A stretch of 64,000 nt of DNA, taken from contig DAIRDB010000002.1 in assembly GCA_036796405.1 (NCBI GenBank), positions 89,106 through 153,105 of the forward strand, read 5' to 3'. The position numbers were made by a program, and so were the translations under genes. Within the stretch, counting starts at the first letter, position 1. Each line of letters begins with the position of its first letter. Below, one piece after another: positions 49,038 through 57,983 of this stretch. The notes beneath the pieces are model-generated. The model worked only from the letters and a program-made list of their open reading frames with translations, did not search any database and was not told the DNA's origin. This DNA is from Gammaproteobacteria bacterium (lineage in GTDB: Bacteria > Pseudomonadota > Gammaproteobacteria > Pseudomonadales > Pseudohongiellaceae).

Positions 49038-51146
49038 ATGAAAAATCGCAGCATCCATTTTTTGACCCTCAGTCTGCTGGCCCTTGGCATTGAACAGGCC
49101 CTCGGCCAGACCGCCGCCAACAACGATATCTACGAACTCGTCACCACGGCGCTGCATACCCGCAGTGCCGAAACCGCCCTGCCAGTCACCATCATGACTG
49201 GGGATGCATTGCATCGGGCCGTCAGAGCCACGCTCGGCGATACGCTGGCCACGCAGCCCGGCATCAACTCTGCCTCTTTCGGCCCTGCCGTGGGGCAGGC
49301 CGTCATCCGTGGCCAGCAGGGTCGGCGGGTGATGAACCTGACCAACTCCATCCCGAACGCCGACGCGTCCGGGAATTCGGCAGACCATGCACAAACTGTC
49401 GAACCGCTGTTGGCGACTTCCCTCGAGGTCCTGCGCGGACCCTCGACGCTGCTGTATGGCGGGGGCGCCATTGGCGGAGTGGTGAACGTCATCGATCGCC
49501 GGTTTAGCAGCACGCTGCCCGAAAAACCCGAGTTCGCCATCGAAACCCGTCACGACACGGCGCTGGATCTGCAGAGCACGGTTGCAATGCTGGATTTTTC
49601 CACTGGCTCCCTGGTGTGGCATCTCGACGGCGTGCGCCGTGAGTGGAACGACCAGGAAGTACCGGGTCTGGCCATCGATCCCGCGTACCTCGAGGCGGAG
49701 GAGGAGGCTCACGATCACGACGAGGACGAGCACCACGAGGAGATCGAAAACACGCTGGGCTACGTCGCCAATACCGGCGGCACGACCACCAATCTCACCG
49801 GGGGAGTGAGCTGGATCCTCGACTCGGGACACGTTGGCTTTGCCTATTCGCTGCTCGATAACCAGTACGGCCTGCCCGCCGGTTCCCACGACCACGGTCA
49901 CGCGGAGGACGGGCACAGCGACGTCGACCACGCGGAGGAGCATGGCGACGAGGGCTTCGTCTCCATCGACATGGAGCGGCAGCGTTATGACGTGGATGGC
50001 GAGTGGCGCAGTCTCACGCCCTGGCTGGAAAACCTCAGCTACAAGGCCAGCTACATCGACTACCAGCATGCCGAACTCGAGGACGCCACGGTGGTGGGAA
50101 CCCAGTTCGACAATCAGTCATGGCAGCACCGCTTGCAGCTGACGCACGCGGAATTCAACGGCTGGCATGGCGCGCTGGGCCTGCAGCACAGCAGTGAAGA
50201 GTTCGGCGCCGTCGGCGAAGAAAGCTTCATCCCGGTATCCGACATCGATGCCACCGGCATATTCGTGGTCGAGGACTTCCACGCCGGCCCGGTGACCTAC
50301 GAGCTTGGCGCACGTCTCAACCGCGACGAGTATGCACCACGCAACAGCAGCGCGCCCGGGCGGTCCTTCACTACGGGGAACCTGTCTGGCTCGGCGCTGT
50401 GGCAGATCGACGAGCCGCTGACCGCAGGAATTTCAGTGTCGCATTCGGAACGGGCACCGTCGGTGGAAGAGCTGTATTCGAACCATGGGCTCCAGGACAC
50501 CGACGACTGCGTGATCCACTTTGCCACCGGCGCCTGCGAAATCGGCCACGTGGATCTCGATGAAGAGCGCTCGCTCAATGTCGACCTGACGCTGGCCTGG
50601 AACTACGCCGCGTTCGACGCCACCGTGACCCTATTCAACAATGACTTCAGCGACTACATCGCCCAGATATCGACCGGTGACATGGCCGGTGACCTGCCGG
50701 TGCGAGAGTACCAGCAGGAAGACGCAGTCTTTCGCGGGGTGGAAATGGATGTGAACTGGCAGCTGAACGAGCGCGTGGGGATGCGGCTGTTTGGTGACGT
50801 GACCCGCGGTTCGCTCGACGACAGCGGTGCAGTGCCACGCATGCCCCCACGCCGCGTCGGCTTCGAGGTTTCAGTGGCCGAGGGTCCCTGGAACGTGCAT
50901 GCCTCTGTCATGATGGCGGACAGGCAGGACCGCGCCGGCCGGAACGAATTGCCGACCGACAGCTGGACCCGGCTCGATCTCGGTGCAGACTACAAGGTCA
51001 ACCTGCGTAGCGACGGCGAACTGCTGATCTTTGCCCGCGGGCGCAACCTGGGCGATGACACCATCCGGCTGTCGACGTCGTTCCTGCGCAGCTTTGCGCC
51101 GGAGATGGGGCGCTCACTGGAGACCGGGCTGCGTTATCGCTTTTGA
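49038..51146 (+). CDS. TonB-dependent receptor with His/Asp/Glu-rich inserts (ZnuD-like metal receptor candidate)
   Basis: Signal peptide, plug (LPVTIMTGDAL..., LEVLRGPSTLLYGGGAIGGVVNVI), barrel, and C-terminal LRYRF. Inserts EAEEEAHDHDEDEHHEEIE and GSHDHGHAEDGHSDVDHAEEHGDEG. Start at ATG 49038. Confidence 0.9.
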   Translation: MKNRSIHFLTLSLLALGIEQALGQTAANNDIYELVTTALHTRSAETALPVTIMTGDALHRAVRATLGDTLATQPGINSASFGPAVGQAVIRGQQGRRVMNLTNSIPNADASGNSADHAQTVEPLLATSLEVLRGPSTLLYGGGAIGGVVNVIDRRFSSTLPEKPEFAIETRHDTALDLQSTVAMLDFSTGSLVWHLDGVRREWNDQEVPGLAIDPAYLEAEEEAHDHDEDEHHEEIENTLGYVANTGGTTTNLTGGVSWILDSGHVGFAYSLLDNQYGLPAGSHDHGHAEDGHSDVDHAEEHGDEGFVSIDMERQRYDVDGEWRSLTPWLENLSYKASYIDYQHAELEDATVVGTQFDNQSWQHRLQLTHAEFNGWHGALGLQHSSEEFGAVGEESFIPVSDIDATGIFVVEDFHAGPVTYELGARLNRDEYAPRNSSAPGRSFTTGNLSGSALWQIDEPLTAGISVSHSERAPSVEELYSNHGLQDTDDCVIHFATGACEIGHVDLDEERSLNVDLTLAWNYAAFDATVTLFNNDFSDYIAQISTGDMAGDLPVREYQQEDAVFRGVEMDVNWQLNERVGMRLFGDVTRGSLDDSGAVPRMPPRRVGFEVSVAEGPWNVHASVMMADRQDRAGRNELPTDSWTRLDLGADYKVNLRSDGELLIFARGRNLGDDTIRLSTSFLRSFAPEMGRSLETGLRYRF

Positions 51147-52010
51147 GCGCAGGTGCCGCTGCAGGAACTCCACGACCTGACGCTGATGCTCCGCTGTGAA
51201 AAAGGCGTCGCCGCCATGGGCGGCGCCGTGGACGACGTCGAGCGTGACCGGCAGATTCGCCGCCTTGTAGACACCCCACATCTGCAGGGTCTGGTTGATC
51301 GGCATCTGCGGGTCGCGATCGCCATGCAGCAAAAACAGCGGTGGATCGCCGGCATCTACGTGCAGCACGGGGCTCGCCATTTTTGCGAGATCTGGTTGCT
51401 GTTCCGGCAGATCACCCAACAGCAATTTCAGGGCCGGTTCGCGCACTCCCACGCCGAACGGCGTGGACTGCGCGAGGATGGTCGTGAGATCGGTGGCCGC
51501 AAAGTAGCTCACGATGGCCTGCACGGCGGAGGACTGCTCCAGGTTGCCACCTACGTCACCCTCCAGCGCTGCAACGCCCGTTGTCACTCCGGCGAGCAGC
51601 GCAAGGTGTGCCCCTGAGGATTCTCCGGTGAGGGCGATGCGCGAAGGATCATAGCCGTGCGCTGCCGCGTTGGCGCGCAGGAAGCGAACGGCTGACTTGA
51701 TATCCTGCACGTTGGCAGGAAACGGTGCCTCCGTGCTCTGGCGGAAATCCACAGACGCGACAGCAAAGCCCTCGGCCACCAGACGGCGGGCAAACGCTGC
51801 ACCAGCCGTCCGGTCACCGGCGCGCCACGCGCCGCCATGCACGTAGACCACGAGCGGTGCAGCCTCGGACTCTGGCAGGTAGAGGTCGAGCGCCAGCGGC
51901 TTGCCCTCGACCGTGGCATACACGAGGCCCGAGACTTCGGCAGCCTGCAGCACGGTGCTGGCCAACCACAACAGTCCCAGCAGTGACGTTCGAATGATGC
52001 AGCCAGCCAT
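51114..52010 (-). CDS. secreted alpha/beta hydrolase (esterase/lipase, fold-3-like)
   Basis: Signal peptide, oxyanion-type VVYVHGGAWRAGD, nucleophile elbow GESSGAHLA. The 3' end overlaps the convergent receptor gene by 33 nt. Confidence 0.85.
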   Translation of the reverse strand: MAGCIIRTSLLGLLWLASTVLQAAEVSGLVYATVEGKPLALDLYLPESEAAPLVVYVHGGAWRAGDRTAGAAFARRLVAEGFAVASVDFRQSTEAPFPANVQDIKSAVRFLRANAAAHGYDPSRIALTGESSGAHLALLAGVTTGVAALEGDVGGNLEQSSAVQAIVSYFAATDLTTILAQSTPFGVGVREPALKLLLGDLPEQQPDLAKMASPVLHVDAGDPPLFLLHGDRDPQMPINQTLQMWGVYKAANLPVTLDVVHGAAHGGDAFFTAEHQRQVVEFLQRHLRSKAITQPGLQ

Positions 52011-52067
52011 GTAGCCTCCCCTCGCGGTTGTTGGAATCCTGAGTGCTGCGTCGGCCGCCCAGCTCCG

Positions 52068-54212
52068 TCATGGCGCCGCGCGTGGACGTTGTGCCGCCAG
52101 TGCGGCGTTGGCTCGATCGATCAGATAGGCGCGGACATCCTCTGCCGTGTCGGGTGTCAGCACGTTGGCAAAGGACACCATGCCATTCTGGCTGCGGACA
52201 CCGTCGAGCACCACGGCCCGGAACAAGTCGGCACTCGCCAGCGCTGGCGACACGGCCAACTCCGGAAACAAGCCGCGCCGCAGCAGTCCACCGGCGTTGC
52301 CGACATCGCTGTGGCAGATCCAGCAATTGTCGAGATACAGGTTCTCGCCCCGGGCGATCTGTTCCGGGCTTGCCACCGACGGCGGCGGTGCAAGGGCCGG
52401 CGGCGTGTAGCTTACCGGCTCCGGCAGGGTGCCGCTGGCACCGAGCCTGAACACCAGCAGTCGTGAGTAATCGGGGGCGTAGTACTGGCTGTTGGAGCGG
52501 CCAGCGACGACAGCAACGTACTGTTCACCCTCGGCCGTGAAGGTGACCGGGGCCGCCACCACGCCGGTTTGCGTATCGAGGGAGCGCCACAACTCGGTAC
52601 CGCTGGCCGCATCGTAAGCGGCGAGGCCGCGCTGCTGCCCCTTGAACACCAGTCCGCCAGCCGTGGCGAGCATACCGGCGGCCGGGCCCTCGATCTTCCA
52701 GCCTGGCTGTCCGGTCACCGGGTTCCACGCCACCAGATACTGACCACTCGGCAGGTCGGCCGCAGCGTTGGGCCCGAGTTCAGCCGCGGCCGCGGCCGGG
52801 TCGACACCGAGGTTGCTGGTCAGCGGATCGGGATCGAAGTCGCGATCGTAGGCGTAGAGGAACGAGTTGTCGGCCGCCGACAGGAAGACGTATCCCGTCT
52901 CGGGATCGAAGGCCATCGGATGCCAGTTGTGGGCACCGGACGGCGCCGGCTGCTGGGCAAAAGCCTTGCCGGTCTTATCGAAACGCGCTGCCGGATTTTC
53001 GATGGGCCGACCGGAAGCATCGATACCGGTAGCCCAGTTGAGCGCTGCATAGGGCGTTCCGGAGATGAACTGGCCAGTCGCCGCATCGAGCACATAGAAG
53101 AAACCGTTCTTGGGTGCCTGCATCACCACGCGGCGGGGACTGCCATCGATGGGCAGCGTCGCTACCACGATGGGCTGGGTGGCCGTGTAATCCCAGGTTT
53201 CGCCTGGCGTGGTCTGGTAGTGCCACACGTAGCGTCCGTCGTCCGGATCGAGTGCAACGATGGAGGACAGGAACAGATTGTCACCGCCGCCGGGACTGCG
53301 AATATCCTGGTTCCAGGGCGAGCCATTGCCGGTACCGACGTAGAGGAGATCAAGCCCGGCATCGTAGGCCATCGAATCCCAGACCGTGCCGCCCCCACCG
53401 AGTTTCCACCACTCGCCATTCCAGGTCTTCGCGGCCATTTCCATGGAGGCGTTCTCGAATCCGAGAGCGGGGTCGCCGGGCACCGTGAAAAAGCGCCAGG
53501 CTAGCGCCCCGGTCTCCGCATCGAACGCCGACACGTAACCACGCACGCCATATTCGGCACCGCCGTTGCCGATGATCACCTTGCCTTTGATCACGCGGGG
53601 TGCCCCCGTGATGGAGTACGACACGTCACGCGAAATGAGGGTATCGGTTTCCCACAGCTTGGTACCACGCTCGGCGTCGAGTGCGATGAGGCGACCATCG
53701 ATGGTGCCCACGAACACCTTGCCATTCCAGATGGCGGCTCCGCGGTTGACGACGTCACAGCAGGCCCGTACACCCCATTCGCGCGGCACCTCGCTGTCGA
53801 AGACCCAGCGCGCTGCGCCGGTGACCGCATCGTAGGCGCGTACGTTGCTCCAGGCGGTGGTGACATAGATCACGCCATCCACCACGAGCGGAGTGCTCTC
53901 CTGACCCCGGGGAATGTTGAAGTCGGCGTACCATGCCAGTCCGAGCCCCGCGACATTGTCGCGGGTTATCTGCTGCAGCGGGCTGTAGTGCTGCTCGTCG
54001 TAGGTTCTGCCCGTACTCATCCACTGACCGGGCTCACTGTCGGCCGCCAGCAGGCGTGCTTCCGTCACGTTGCCCTGCCGAGGCGTCGCGTCAGCCCCCG
54101 CTGCGGCAGTGGCAGCAGCTTCGCCGGTGGTCACCGGCGGAGCCTCAGCGCCACAGCCCAACAGCAGACTACCAAGGACGAGGCTGAGTAGGAGTTTTTT
54201 TACGGGGGACAT
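52068..54212 (-). CDS. PQQ-dependent quinohemoprotein alcohol dehydrogenase (type II), lipoprotein, Ca-type active site (ADH1)
   Basis: Lipobox LLLGC, vicinal Cys (VRACCDVVNRG), GNGGAEY, GNGSPWN, WDYT at 53184-53195. C-terminal cytochrome c domain with CWICH at 52311-52325. Start at ATG 54210-54212. Confidence 0.93.
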   Translation of the reverse strand: MSPVKKLLLSLVLGSLLLGCGAEAPPVTTGEAAATAAAGADATPRQGNVTEARLLAADSEPGQWMSTGRTYDEQHYSPLQQITRDNVAGLGLAWYADFNIPRGQESTPLVVDGVIYVTTAWSNVRAYDAVTGAARWVFDSEVPREWGVRACCDVVNRGAAIWNGKVFVGTIDGRLIALDAERGTKLWETDTLISRDVSYSITGAPRVIKGKVIIGNGGAEYGVRGYVSAFDAETGALAWRFFTVPGDPALGFENASMEMAAKTWNGEWWKLGGGGTVWDSMAYDAGLDLLYVGTGNGSPWNQDIRSPGGGDNLFLSSIVALDPDDGRYVWHYQTTPGETWDYTATQPIVVATLPIDGSPRRVVMQAPKNGFFYVLDAATGQFISGTPYAALNWATGIDASGRPIENPAARFDKTGKAFAQQPAPSGAHNWHPMAFDPETGYVFLSAADNSFLYAYDRDFDPDPLTSNLGVDPAAAAAELGPNAAADLPSGQYLVAWNPVTGQPGWKIEGPAAGMLATAGGLVFKGQQRGLAAYDAASGTELWRSLDTQTGVVAAPVTFTAEGEQYVAVVAGRSNSQYYAPDYSRLLVFRLGASGTLPEPVSYTPPALAPPPSVASPEQIARGENLYLDNCWICHSDVGNAGGLLRRGLFPELAVSPALASADLFRAVVLDGVRSQNGMVSFANVLTPDTAEDVRAYLIDRANAALAAQRPRAAP

Positions 54213-54396
54213 GATGCTGCTCCGTGAGGGGCGGCCACAGAGGCCGCTGCGAGCACGCACCCTTCTGCTTTATAGTTGTTGGGCGCGTCTATGGCGGCAA
54301 GCTTAACCCGCGACTTCGGGGTGACCAAGTACCTTCCCCCTGGATTCGTCCCGCCGCACTGAGCCTGTTGTTCCATGATCCGTCCCGGGAGTTGCC

Positions 54397-54891
54397 ATGA
54401 TTCACCGACTGCTTATGCTTGCTGGGCTACCGCTGTTCTCCCTGCTGCTGGTATCGCTGTGGAGTTCTCCCGTGGCTCTGGCTGCGCAAGCTGGCGAGGC
54501 ACCGGCAGCAGCACCGCCAAGGGCAGTGCGGATAACGTCGACCCGAGAGTCGGCCACCAGCAGCAGTGCTGAGGGCGCGGCCAGCCAGGTCAAGCGCTGG
54601 AGTACGAACAAACCCGCCATGGGCGACCGAGGCCGGTCTGCCAGCTCTGCCACGCTGCCCCTCGACGTGCTGATTCCCTACCGACTGGGCGTTGGCAGCA
54701 ATCCATGGGTGGTGGTGCAGTGGCCGCAGAGCGTGGGCAATGGCCTGCCCCGGCAGGCTGTCGGAGCGAGAAACGCAGCCTCGGCACCCGTGCTCTTGCT
54801 CGACCTCGAGGGGCGCTGCTGGGAGAGCAGCTTGCAGGCATCCGGCCAGGAAGTGCGCAAGGAACTGCCCGCAACGGCCTGTGATTTCTGA
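54397..54891 (+). CDS. hypothetical secreted protein
   Basis: 164 aa with a signal peptide (LPLFSLLLVSLWSSPVALAAQA). GC3 bias is weaker than in neighbours. Ser/Ala-rich linker and two C-terminal Cys. No family recognised. Confidence 0.45.
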   Translation: MIHRLLMLAGLPLFSLLLVSLWSSPVALAAQAGEAPAAAPPRAVRITSTRESATSSSAEGAASQVKRWSTNKPAMGDRGRSASSATLPLDVLIPYRLGVGSNPWVVVQWPQSVGNGLPRQAVGARNAASAPVLLLDLEGRCWESSLQASGQEVRKELPATACDF

Positions 54892-54920
54892 CGACCGTCT
54901 GCGTCGCCGGGTCGGCCTGA

Positions 54921-56255
54921 CTAGCCGAAGCGGACACTGACGGCAGCACCACCCCATTCGCTGGTCTGGATGTCGGTGGCGCCACCATAGGCACTGACGA
55001 TCTCCACGACGACCGCCAGGCCGATGCCCTGCCCACTCTTGGCCGTGTCGGCACGCGCGCCTCGCTGCAGTACGAAGTGACGGTCGTTGGCCGCCACACC
55101 GGGTCCGTCATCATCGATGGTCAGCAGCAGTGCCTTGCCTTGCTGTGTAGCAGTGACCCGTACGCGTCGATGGCCGTACTTGAAGGCGTTGTCGAGCAGA
55201 TTACCGGCGACCTCCAGCAAATCGCTTTCTTCCCCGAAAAACTGCACGCCTGCCGCACAGCGCAGCTCCACCTGCATTTGTTTATCGCGGTAGACCTTCT
55301 GCAGGGCAGCCGCCAGTTTTTCGATGAGCGGCAGCACAGAGACAGGCCGCGCCATCGGCAGCTGGCTGCCTTTCACGGCGCGCTTGAGCTGGTAGGAGAC
55401 GATCTGATCCATGCGCTGCAACTGTTCGCGCATGTCCTGTCGCTGGTCTTCACTCAGCGCGGCAGCGCCCTGCGCTTCCTGCAAGGCCGTGGAAAGCACG
55501 GCCAGTGGCGTCTTCAGGCTGTGGGCCAGATCGCCGAGCGTGGTACGAAAGCGATTCTGTCGCTCCCGCTCGCTCTTGATGAGCAGATTGAGGTTCTGTG
55601 TGACGCCCTCGAGCTCCTCGGGGTAGTGCCGCTGCAGTTCGTTCTGGGCGCCGGTCTCGATGGCAGACACTTCACGCGCGAGCTGCTGTAGAGGTTGGAG
55701 TCCCCAGCGCAGCAGCAGGTACTGGGCAATACTCAGGAGAACGGTCAGTGCACCGAACCAGACGTAGAGGTTGGTGCGGAAGGCTACGATTTCGGCCACG
55801 GAGGGCGCATTGGTTTCCAGCACGACAAAGAAGAACGTTTCGTCCAGCGATTGCCAATAAGTACGGTAGGCAGCCCACGCCAACACATCCTGCTCGATCG
55901 CCAATTCCCCGTAAGTGGTCTGGCCGGGGAGTTGCTGCATGTCGGCCAGCCCGGCGGTGTCGGCCACCAGATTGAGCGCAGAGGCACTGCGCCAGAGCTC
56001 GCGGCCAGCCGCATCGTAGATGAAGCCGTAGAGCCCGGAGTCGATCTGCGAAAAGCGCGCTTCTTCCAGATCCGGCACGAAGAAGCCCCCTCGCTCCGGT
56101 TCGGCCACTCCCACCAGTGCGTAGACCTGCAACTGCAGGCGTTCTGCCACCGCGGCGGCCACGCTTTGCTTGAAGGCACGGTCGAGCACGTAGCCCGCCA
56201 CACCGAGAAAGACCACCAGCAACATCCCGAATGCCAGCAACAGACGCCGGCGCAT
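54921..56255 (-). CDS. phoQ: sensor histidine kinase, PhoQ-like
   Basis: Two TM segments flank a periplasmic domain, followed by HAMP. The H-box region LLIKSERERQNRFRTTLGDLAHSLKTPLAVL is nearly collinear with E. coli PhoQ. G-boxes DDDGPGV and GQGIGLAVV. Start at ATG 56253-56255. Confidence 0.85.
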   Translation of the reverse strand: MRRRLLLAFGMLLVVFLGVAGYVLDRAFKQSVAAAVAERLQLQVYALVGVAEPERGGFFVPDLEEARFSQIDSGLYGFIYDAAGRELWRSASALNLVADTAGLADMQQLPGQTTYGELAIEQDVLAWAAYRTYWQSLDETFFFVVLETNAPSVAEIVAFRTNLYVWFGALTVLLSIAQYLLLRWGLQPLQQLAREVSAIETGAQNELQRHYPEELEGVTQNLNLLIKSERERQNRFRTTLGDLAHSLKTPLAVLSTALQEAQGAAALSEDQRQDMREQLQRMDQIVSYQLKRAVKGSQLPMARPVSVLPLIEKLAAALQKVYRDKQMQVELRCAAGVQFFGEESDLLEVAGNLLDNAFKYGHRRVRVTATQQGKALLLTIDDDGPGVAANDRHFVLQRGARADTAKSGQGIGLAVVVEIVSAYGGATDIQTSEWGGAAVSVRFG

Positions 56256-56268
56256 GGAATAGCGGGCG

Positions 56269-56952
56269 TCAACGGCCCTTGGCGGGAACATTGAAGCGGT
56301 AGCCCTGACCGCGGATCGTGTCGATCGGCTTCAGCGTCTCGTCCGGATCGAGTTTCTGACGCAGACGTCGGATAAAAACCTCCAGCACATTGCTGTCCCG
56401 ATCGTGGTCCTGCTCGTAGAGGTGTTCGGTCAACTCGGTCTTGGATACCACCTTGCCGGGGTGCAGCATGAGATATTCCAGTACCTTGTACTCAAAAGCA
56501 GTCAGCTCGACGTCCTTGTCCGCGACGCGCAGTTTCTTCGCCGTCGTATCGAGGCTGAGGTGGGCAAACTCCAGCGTTGGCTTGGCAAAACCGGCCGCAC
56601 GACGCAGCAAGGCATTGAGGCGTGCGCGGATCTCCTCGGTCTGGAAGGGCTTGACGACATAGTCGTCTGCACCGGCATCCAGACCAGCGACCTTGTCGGT
56701 CCAGTTGTCGCGGGCGGTGAGAATGAGGATGGGAAACAGCAGCCCACGCGCGCGGATCGTCTTGATGAGGGAGATGCCATCCAGTTCGGGCAGACCGAGA
56801 TCGATGATGGCTGCGTCGTAACCGTACTCGGTGGCGTGGAACAGGGCAGTCTTGCCGTTGCTTGCGCTGTCGACGACGAAAGACTGGTCCTCGAGCGCCT
56901 TTACCAGACGCGCCCGCAGCAGGTCCTCGTCCTCGACCACCAACAGTCTCAT
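56269..56952 (-). CDS. phoP: OmpR-family response regulator, PhoP-like
   Basis: MRLLVVEDEDLLR..., LTARDNWTDKV, GADDYVVKPF, LTAFEYKVLEYL and GKVVSKTEL are closely collinear with E. coli PhoP. Start at ATG 56950-56952. Confidence 0.88.
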   Translation of the reverse strand: MRLLVVEDEDLLRARLVKALEDQSFVVDSASNGKTALFHATEYGYDAAIIDLGLPELDGISLIKTIRARGLLFPILILTARDNWTDKVAGLDAGADDYVVKPFQTEEIRARLNALLRRAAGFAKPTLEFAHLSLDTTAKKLRVADKDVELTAFEYKVLEYLMLHPGKVVSKTELTEHLYEQDHDRDSNVLEVFIRRLRQKLDPDETLKPIDTIRGQGYRFNVPAKGR

Positions 56953-56995
56953 GGCCGGACTCCGCTGGAAGGACGCGTGGTGGGACAACAGGGGC

Positions 56996-57325
56996 TCATT
57001 CGGAGGGACGCAGGACCTGACCGTTGTCGGCGTCGACGAAGACATTGAATACCGTGCCCTCCTCGTCCATGCGCACACGCCAGCGACGTCCCTCGAGGCG
57101 AATGCTCAGTACACGACCCGGATAGGCACCGCGTGCCAGATCGGAGGCTTCGCGCCGCGTGACTCGGGTGCCGTCTTCCTGCTCTTGCGGGGCCAGCAGC
57201 TCGTTTTGCACGCGCGGAGCACTTTGCCCCCGCGGCAGGAACTGCTCGAGCTGCGCAAAAACCTGCGCGGTGGCCGGCTGGGACAGCCAGCAGGCGACAA
57301 TCAGGGAGAGCATCGGCATCTTCAT
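56996..57325 (-). CDS. small periplasmic PepSY-domain protein
   Basis: 109 aa. Signal peptide followed by a PepSY-like core (ASDLARGAYPGRVLSIRLEGRRWRVRMDEEGTVFNVFVDADNGQVL). First gene of the phoPQ-like operon. Confidence 0.75.
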   Translation of the reverse strand: MKMPMLSLIVACWLSQPATAQVFAQLEQFLPRGQSAPRVQNELLAPQEQEDGTRVTRREASDLARGAYPGRVLSIRLEGRRWRVRMDEEGTVFNVFVDADNGQVLRPSE

Positions 57326-57536
57326 GGCACGGCAGACTCTGGCATGGCAACAGGGAAGCGGTCAAAGCAGTGGCAACCGTTCGGTGGCGGGCATTGTAGC
57401 CAGCACACAAAGTCCAACCAACCGGTTTACCCCGGGCGCCCGATAGCCATGCAAACGCCGGCTTACTGCCGGGGCCTGACTGTAGGCACGCTCGACTTAA
57501 CGAGGACTGAACTGCCACGGGCCCGCCGGCGCTCGC

Positions 57537-57932
57537 TCAAGCACCGATCTGGCGCAGCCAATCCTGCAGGTTGTAGTGGTTGCTCACCCGAGTGATCTGA
57601 CCGGCGTTCAGCTCAAAAAAGGTTCCCACCCGCAGACGGTAGGTCTGGCCGCGCGCCGGCGGCAGATCGCTGTCGGTGCTGAGGTAGGTGCCGGTCAACA
57701 GGAATTCGGCTGCCGCCCGTTTTCCATCAGCGCTGTACAACAGACACGGGGCGTGGACCTGTTCGCGATAGCAGCGCTCCATATGCTGCAGGAAGTCCCG
57801 AAACAGAGCCTTACCATGGCGCGGGGCGCCCTGACAGGGCTCATGGACCACATCGTCGCTCAGCAACGCCAGCATGCCGTCGTAATTGCCGGCGTTGAAA
57901 CATTGGTAGTACTGCTCGAGAACACTGCTCAT
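57537..57932 (-). CDS. SnoaL-like / NTF2-fold (ketosteroid isomerase-related) protein
   Basis: 131 aa. MSSVLEQYYQCFNAGNYDGMLALLSDDVVHE is typical of SnoaL-like proteins. Begins 52 nt downstream of ADH2 on the same strand. Confidence 0.75.
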   Translation of the reverse strand: MSSVLEQYYQCFNAGNYDGMLALLSDDVVHEPCQGAPRHGKALFRDFLQHMERCYREQVHAPCLLYSADGKRAAAEFLLTGTYLSTDSDLPPARGQTYRLRVGTFFELNAGQITRVSNHYNLQDWLRQIGA

Positions 57933-57983
57933 CGGTTTCCTTGCAAGACTGCGGGGTTCATAAGTTGCTGAAAAGTGCCGCCA

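Noticed and set aside
51114-54212. Polyvinyl-alcohol degradation operon (PQQ PVA dehydrogenase plus oxidised-PVA hydrolase)
   Set aside because: - As I recall it, PVA dehydrogenase has the heme-c domain at the N-terminus. Here it is C-terminal, as in ordinary type II quinohemoprotein ADHs.
- The esterase looks like a generic fold-3 hydrolase.
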